Of a stretch of DNA of 64,000 bases, positions 59,182-64,000 are shown in pieces (position 1 is the first letter of the stretch; every line of letters begins with the position of its first letter). A model generated the notes under the pieces. That model was given only the letters and a program-made list of their open reading frames with translations. It searched no databases and was not told the origin of the DNA. The DNA is taken from assembly GCA_041663045.1 (NCBI GenBank), contig JBAZRH010000001.1, positions 276,403 through 340,402 of the forward strand. The letters are read 5' to 3'. The stretch comes from Minisyncoccota bacterium. GTDB lineage: Bacteria; Patescibacteriota; Minisyncoccia; Phycocordibacterales; GWA1-40-21. The position numbers and the translations under genes were made by a program.

Positions 59182-59292
59182 AAGCTCGCTCGGATATCCA
59201 ATTTTGAGACCCGCATTCCGCCATGGGCGGATGATCCCTCTCCCGCCGTCGCGGTCCGTAACTCTCAAAATTAAATATCCTCGCTCGTTTAC
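59182..59292 (-). repeat. structured intergenic element, subfamily A (short)
   Basis: minus strand ACGAGCGA-GGATATTTAATTTTGAGA..GACCGCGACGGCGGGA..TCTCAAAATTGGATATCC-GAGCGAGCTT; abuts rpsA TAA. Confidence 0.88.
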
Positions 59293-59429
59293 TTGCAGAC
59301 AAATTCACAGAGGGGGTTCGCTTTGCGAACCCCCTCTTTGGATTACGGAGGTCGAACCTCCGTAAAACATTTTCTGCATAAAAAAGCGGCGCTGAGCATA
59401 CAGCGCCGCTTACCAAAATCAAGATAGCT

Positions 59430-60143
59430 TCAAGTTTGGATTTCCTTGGCCAAGAAACGCCACGTCTTACAGTGATTCTCTTTCATCCAAAGCTCCGATA
59501 TATTGTCAGAACAATGAATTGTGCGTTTGTTAACACAGAATCCGACTTGACCTATAGGGGTGGTCCCGTCCTGTTCAGTGCTTACTTCCTCTCTCTTGAA
59601 ACTAAGTGCCGCCCTATCCCACTCACCAGTTTCTGGATTAGCAGTAAGTGCTTTGATAGACATTCTATCCACCAATTCTGGGTATCTTCTGATAAATCCC
59701 AATACTTCGACGGGAGTTAGGAATGCTAGATTATTCTCATCGATATATAGGACTACATCCCCGTAAGACATAACCTGATCTTCTGGTGGAAAAATCTTGT
59801 AGACAACCTCTTCGATAACACAGTCGTCACTAGGACTATCCCCCTTAAGTTCCCCTAAGAGCTTATTCTGATTTATGCCAGGATGCACAAAGCCACGTAC
59901 TTTTTTCAATTCTCCGACAAGGAAGTCGGGTGTATCGCAGTGATTTATATCCACTATGTATACACCATCTCCGAATGGATTCGGATCACCTCGTAGGAAA
60001 CGTTTGAAAGCGTTCCCCCAGAAGCGAGCATTTTTGTTACCACTCAACCTTTCGAGAAGGTCAATGATCACACCGAAAAAGTTTTCCGGTAGACCACCAA
60101 GCATCTCAACTATCTTACCGAGCATGTCAGATTTTTTAGACAT
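59430..60143 (-). CDS. hypothetical protein (cassette)
   Basis: TTGACT at 60255, AAGGAG SD, terminator 59380-59411. Confidence 0.8.
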   Translation of the reverse strand: MSKKSDMLGKIVEMLGGLPENFFGVIIDLLERLSGNKNARFWGNAFKRFLRGDPNPFGDGVYIVDINHCDTPDFLVGELKKVRGFVHPGINQNKLLGELKGDSPSDDCVIEEVVYKIFPPEDQVMSYGDVVLYIDENNLAFLTPVEVLGFIRRYPELVDRMSIKALTANPETGEWDRAALSFKREEVSTEQDGTTPIGQVGFCVNKRTIHCSDNISELWMKENHCKTWRFLAKEIQT

Positions 60144-60301
60144 GGTCAGCTCCTTTTCTTTTTTACAGAACTTACCGAGTAATCAGCCCTTCTCCGCACA
60201 CGCGAATCAGAGATGATTTCCTTTGTATTTCTATCACTTTGTATACAAAAGTCAAATGGGCGGGGTTTGCCTTCGGCAAACCCCGCCCATTTTGTATTTC
60301 A

Positions 60302-60898
60302 CTAGAAACTATTCACAAACCCCGTCGCTATCTCCCTCCCATCTTTCACAAGAATCTCCAAACCTTCGGCGGCTTTTTTCGCGAGCTTTTTAAATGTGAT
60401 CTGTTCGGCTGGTTTAAACTTTCCAAGAATCAAGTCCACTACAGCTTTTTCGCCTTGCGGTTTCTTTATTTTCCCACTTCCAGTTGCTGGTGAAATCCCA
60501 ACTCTCAATCTGATAAACGCTTCGGTCTTTATGGCTTTTACTATTGATACTACTCCCCTATGCCCTCCGGCACTTTTATTAAATGACATTTTTATTTTAC
60601 CAAAAGGAATATCGAGATCGTCGTGTATTACCACAAGTGTCTCTGCAGACTTTTTGCTTTTTATAATAGGTCCGACAGCATTTCCGCTTTTGTTCATAAA
60701 AGTATTCGGCTTTATAAGCATGACGGTATTTTTTCCAACCTTTTCTTTTGCAACGAGAGAATTTAATTTCTTATCCTCTTTCCATTCTTCGACTCCGACA
60801 AGCTTGGCAAAAGCATCGATGACCATAGCCCCTGTATTATGCCTTGTCCATTCATATTCTTGTCCAGGATTCCCAAGACCAACGATTGTGTAATTCAT
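60302..60898 (-). CDS. pth: peptidyl-tRNA hydrolase
   Basis: VGLGNPG.EY..TRHN.G, KPNTFMN.SG, HDDLD, GGHRG, RLRVGI. Confidence 0.97.
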   Translation of the reverse strand: MNYTIVGLGNPGQEYEWTRHNTGAMVIDAFAKLVGVEEWKEDKKLNSLVAKEKVGKNTVMLIKPNTFMNKSGNAVGPIIKSKKSAETLVVIHDDLDIPFGKIKMSFNKSAGGHRGVVSIVKAIKTEAFIRLRVGISPATGSGKIKKPQGEKAVVDLILGKFKPAEQITFKKLAKKAAEGLEILVKDGREIATGFVNSF

Positions 60899-61145
60899 AC
60901 TAATAGTGTAATGCTAAAGACTGAAAAAGTAAAATACTAAAAATTAGTCCGAAAATATAGCTAAAGATAGACTTACTTTGTCGCCCCCAAACTGCTTGAC
61001 AATAAGGACAGATGGGTGTATACTACTAAACAGGAGTATTGGGGTGTAAATGGCTTGTCGCTGTTCATCTTTGATACAAATGATATTTGAAAACGGGTAT
61101 CGCTACCCTTTGGCTAAAAAGCCGTTAGTGAATTTGGAGGAAAAA

Positions 61146-61448
61146 ATGGATAAGATGCTCAAAATGATGTTATTTTTTGTACTTGGGTCCGTCCTGAGTT
61201 TCTGGGGTTTTCATATCGTCTTTGAAGAAAGTATGCACTACGCTTTTTTCGAGACTATAGTCATAGGGATGTTTATACTTGCAAATGACAGTATAACAAA
61301 AAAGGCAACGGTGGATAGAGAGTCTTCGCGTGCATTATACTACTCATTGTGGTTGGTCTTTATAACTACCATGGTTCCATTACGGATAGGGGTCTATTGC
61401 GGTATTATTGACAATGCAAGTGCTTTCGTCTTTAAGATCGTGCCGTGA
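61146..61448 (+). CDS. hypothetical membrane protein (cassette)
   Basis: TTGACA(60996)-17-TATACT, GGAGG SD, terminator 61462-61500. Confidence 0.72.
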   Translation: MDKMLKMMLFFVLGSVLSFWGFHIVFEESMHYAFFETIVIGMFILANDSITKKATVDRESSRALYYSLWLVFITTMVPLRIGVYCGIIDNASAFVFKIVP

Positions 61449-61522
61449 GTAAATCGGTTTGTCGCCACCCCGCTTTTATAGGGGGTGGCGATTTTTTTAT
61501 TTCCATTTTCTACTCCCTATTC

Positions 61523-61756
61523 GTAAGCGAGCGAGACTTGTGATTTTTGAGCATTACATGCTTTAATCTATTTCATGAGCGAGCGAGTATTCCGATTTTG
61601 TTGTGTCCGCAGGCGAGCTTGCATGGTGCGATGTGGTGTAATTTTGCGAGAAGTAATCTTCGAGCAAAAGTATACCACATCGCAAGCCGCCGAGGATTAG
61701 GAAATTTTTCGGCTGGGGAAAATTTCTGCACAACAAAATTGGGATACGAGCGAGCT
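61523..61756 (+). repeat. tandem structured elements: minimal hairpin unit plus subfamily B unit
   Basis: TAAGCGAGCGAG..small hairpin..GAGCGAGCGA-GTATTCCGATTTTGTTGTG/CACAACAAAATTGGGATAC-GAGCGAGC. Confidence 0.9.
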
Positions 61757-61796
61757 ATTTGTGTCAAACCCCTTTCCGTATTATAATGCCCTTTAC

Positions 61797-62384
61797 ATGA
61801 AAAAATTCGTCAAAGAAACCCTCGGCGTGGTAATCCTATCCGTAATAATCGTTCTCCCCGTCCGCATATTCATAGCCCAGCCATTTATCGTTTCTGGAGC
61901 ATCTATGGATAATTCTTTTGCCGGCGGTAACTATTTAATAATAGATGAGCTTTCATATAGATTTGAAGCCCCAAAAAGGGGTGATGTTATTGTTTTTAAA
62001 GTGCCAGAAGAAGCCCTCGTACTTTCTCACTATGCATTAGACAAGACTGTATTTTTTATCAAAAGAGTTATCGGCCTTCCGGGTGAGACAATAGAAATAG
62101 ATGGCGATAAAGTTACAATCTTTAATACAGAAAATCCAAAAGGTCTTGTACTTAGTGAGCCTTACGTTTATATAGACAAGCTCTCCCCTTACTACACGGT
62201 TGTAAATAAAAAAATCACCCTTGGTGCAGACGAATATTTTGTTATGGGAGACAATCGCCACAACAGCTCCGATTCAAGATTCTGGGGTACACTGAAAAAG
62301 GAAAATATAAAAGGCCGAGCATTTGTCCGTCTTTTCCCTTTCACACAGATATCACTTTTCCCAGGAGAATATAATCAATATTAA
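61797..62384 (+). CDS. lepB: signal peptidase I
   Basis: VSGASM, RGDVIVF, FIKRVIGLPGE, FVMGDNR.NSSDSR.WG. Confidence 0.96.
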   Translation: MKKFVKETLGVVILSVIIVLPVRIFIAQPFIVSGASMDNSFAGGNYLIIDELSYRFEAPKRGDVIVFKVPEEALVLSHYALDKTVFFIKRVIGLPGETIEIDGDKVTIFNTENPKGLVLSEPYVYIDKLSPYYTVVNKKITLGADEYFVMGDNRHNSSDSRFWGTLKKENIKGRAFVRLFPFTQISLFPGEYNQY

Positions 62385-62385
62385 T

Positions 62386-63582
62386 ATGACAAAACAGAAA
62401 AAAACGAGAAGGGTGGCTGAATCAAAATTTATAAACTTTACACCAATAGACAAAGCTGTTGAAGCTGCGATTTATTATGGCTTTACACCGACAAAACACC
62501 CTAAGGCAAATAAAGAAGATCTTGTAAGGATTTCTGCATTAAAAGAAAGTTGGGCCAAAAGCTGCGCCGAAATGCCTTGGGTTTTCTCTACAGAATTTGC
62601 TGAAGAAAGAGCTGCGTTTTTGAGAGAATATTTTGAACAAAGCATGAATATACTCCCCCAGCCAGTAATGCTCGTCTATGAAAGCGAAACAGGAAAAGAA
62701 AGAGGGAAAAATTCTTTCAATCTTGAAGTTGTAGGTACACCAAAGAGTATTGCCGAAGCCCTTCTTATAAAAACAGCTGTAGCCATACTCGAAGATAATG
62801 GCTATAAGAATCTTTCAATAGAAATCAATAGTATTGGTGACAAAGAATCTTTAAATAAATTTGCAAGAGAGCTTACAAACTACTACAAGAAAAATATAAA
62901 TGAGCTCTCTCCTCATTGCAGGCAAAATTTTAAGAAAGATGCCTTTTATGTTCTCAATTGTGATAAGTGTGAGTGTACAAAGTTAAAAGAAGGGGCACCC
63001 ACTTCTGTGGGATGTCTTTCTGATGAGAGCCGGGTACAATTTAAAGAAGTCTTTGAATATATTGAGACAATGGGAATACCTTTTAAGATAAATAACTGCC
63101 TTGTACCAGATAGAAAGTATTGTTCACAGACTATCTTTGAAATTAAAGATAATGAAAGTGAAGATGCCCTAGCTATCGGCTTTAGATACGACGGGCTTGC
63201 ACAGAAAATCGGTCACAAGAAAGATTTACCTGGAGTTGGATTAAAAGTCTTCCTTAAGAAAAAGTCTACTATTAAAAAAGTCTCAAAACTTAATAAACCC
63301 ACTGCTTTCTATGTGCAACTTGGCGATGATGCAAAACATAAAAGTTTGGAAGTAATAGAGGCTCTTAGAAAAGAAAAAATATTTATTTATCATATGCTTG
63401 GAAGGGATAAATTTGGTAGCCAGTTTGCACTTGTAGAAAAGTCTAAGGTCCCTTATGTGATTATTATGGGCAAAAAAGAATCGCTGGAAAACTCCGTGAT
63501 GATAAGAGAAAATGCCACGAGAACACAAGAGACCATCAAAATAAGTGATTTAGCAAAGTATTTGAAGAAACTTAAGGCCTAA
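62386..63582 (+). CDS. HisRS-like paralogue (degenerate catalytic domain + anticodon-binding domain)
   Basis: YGF, LV....YCSQTIFE, GFRYDGL, PGVG, C-terminal HGTP domain. Confidence 0.75.
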   Translation: MTKQKKTRRVAESKFINFTPIDKAVEAAIYYGFTPTKHPKANKEDLVRISALKESWAKSCAEMPWVFSTEFAEERAAFLREYFEQSMNILPQPVMLVYESETGKERGKNSFNLEVVGTPKSIAEALLIKTAVAILEDNGYKNLSIEINSIGDKESLNKFARELTNYYKKNINELSPHCRQNFKKDAFYVLNCDKCECTKLKEGAPTSVGCLSDESRVQFKEVFEYIETMGIPFKINNCLVPDRKYCSQTIFEIKDNESEDALAIGFRYDGLAQKIGHKKDLPGVGLKVFLKKKSTIKKVSKLNKPTAFYVQLGDDAKHKSLEVIEALRKEKIFIYHMLGRDKFGSQFALVEKSKVPYVIIMGKKESLENSVMIRENATRTQETIKISDLAKYLKKLKA

Positions 63583-63844
63583 AAGCTCGCTCATATCACT
63601 ATTTTCCTGTGCAGAAATTTTCCCCAGCCGAAAAATTTCCTAACTCCTTACAGGAGCAGTACACCTTTCACATTTTGAGTACAAAACGTTCAAGGTCTTT
63701 TATTTGGGTCCCTTACCCAAATCTCAACTCGGCGGCTTGCGCTGTGGTATACTTTTGCTCGTGAATACACTTCGCAAAATTACACCACATCGCACCGCAC
63801 AAGCTCGCCTGCGGACACAGGAAAATAGTAATATTCGCTCGCTT
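63583..63844 (-). repeat. structured intergenic element, subfamily B with ~85-bp nested insertion
   Basis: TAA-AAGCTCGCTC-ATATCACTATTTTCCTGTG/CACAGGAAAATAGTAATAT-TCGCTCGCTT. Confidence 0.92.
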
Positions 63845-63888
63845 ATCGCTTGCATTCTTCTATGTAAAGTGTTATCATCTCCCCCTGT

Positions 63889-64000
63889 ATGGCAACAAAC
63901 ATCGAAGTAGAAAAAAATAGTAGTGAAAGCAATGCAAGTCTTCTCAGAAGATTTACTAAAAAAGTGCAAGGTTCTGGAGTATTACCAAGAGTAAGATCTA
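63889..64000 (+). CDS. rpsU: 30S ribosomal protein S21-like (runs off window)
   Basis: MATNIEVEKNSSESNASLLRRFTKKVQGSGVL. Confidence 0.7.
   Translation, partial: MATNIEVEKNSSESNASLLRRFTKKVQGSGVLPRVRS

Noticed and set aside
1396-63844. CRISPR array or integron attC interpretation of the repeats
   Set aside because: Copies are dispersed, not regularly spaced with unique spacers; no cas or intI gene and no RYYYAAC/GTTRRRY ends.
1-64000. TGA-to-Gly recoding (code 25) as in Gracilibacteria/Absconditabacteria
   Set aside because: Core genes are full length under code 11 and several end in TGA.

Overview
AT-rich, gene-dense chromosomal segment of a small-genome bacterium. Gene content points to Patescibacteria/CPR, Parcubacteria-like (inference from the VirB2-like pilin array, two mreB, HTH-MurA fusion, sigma70-r4/HARE-HTH protein, short RelA, degenerate PriA and a HisRS paralogue). 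Most of the window is housekeeping: hisS, mltG, leuS, rmuC, murF-ftsI-ftsL-rsmH-mraZ, lysS, greA, mrdA-mreD-mreC-mreB, proS, rseP, frr, holB, priA, serS, dprA-topA, rel, parB, miaA, rpmG, murJ, gyrA, rpsA, pth, lepB, rpsU, three tRNAs and RNase P RNA. The unexplained signal is intergenic. (1) About 15 copies or fragments of a modular 90-270 bp structured element share AGCGAGCGAG...GAGCGAGCTTT termini, a long closing stem whose sequence differs between copies, covarying GACG/AGCA tetraloop hairpins and a one-strand G.T bias. They often sit directly behind TAA stop codons, nest in each other and interrupt a tRNA-Glu copy; no mobilising enzyme is in the window. (2) About a dozen self-contained cassettes (TTGACA/-10 promoter, Shine-Dalgarno, ORFan, terminator) lie between core genes that look leaderless. 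(3) Three promoter/terminator units appear to express 140-215 nt structured non-coding RNAs. All calls are by eye, without database searches.
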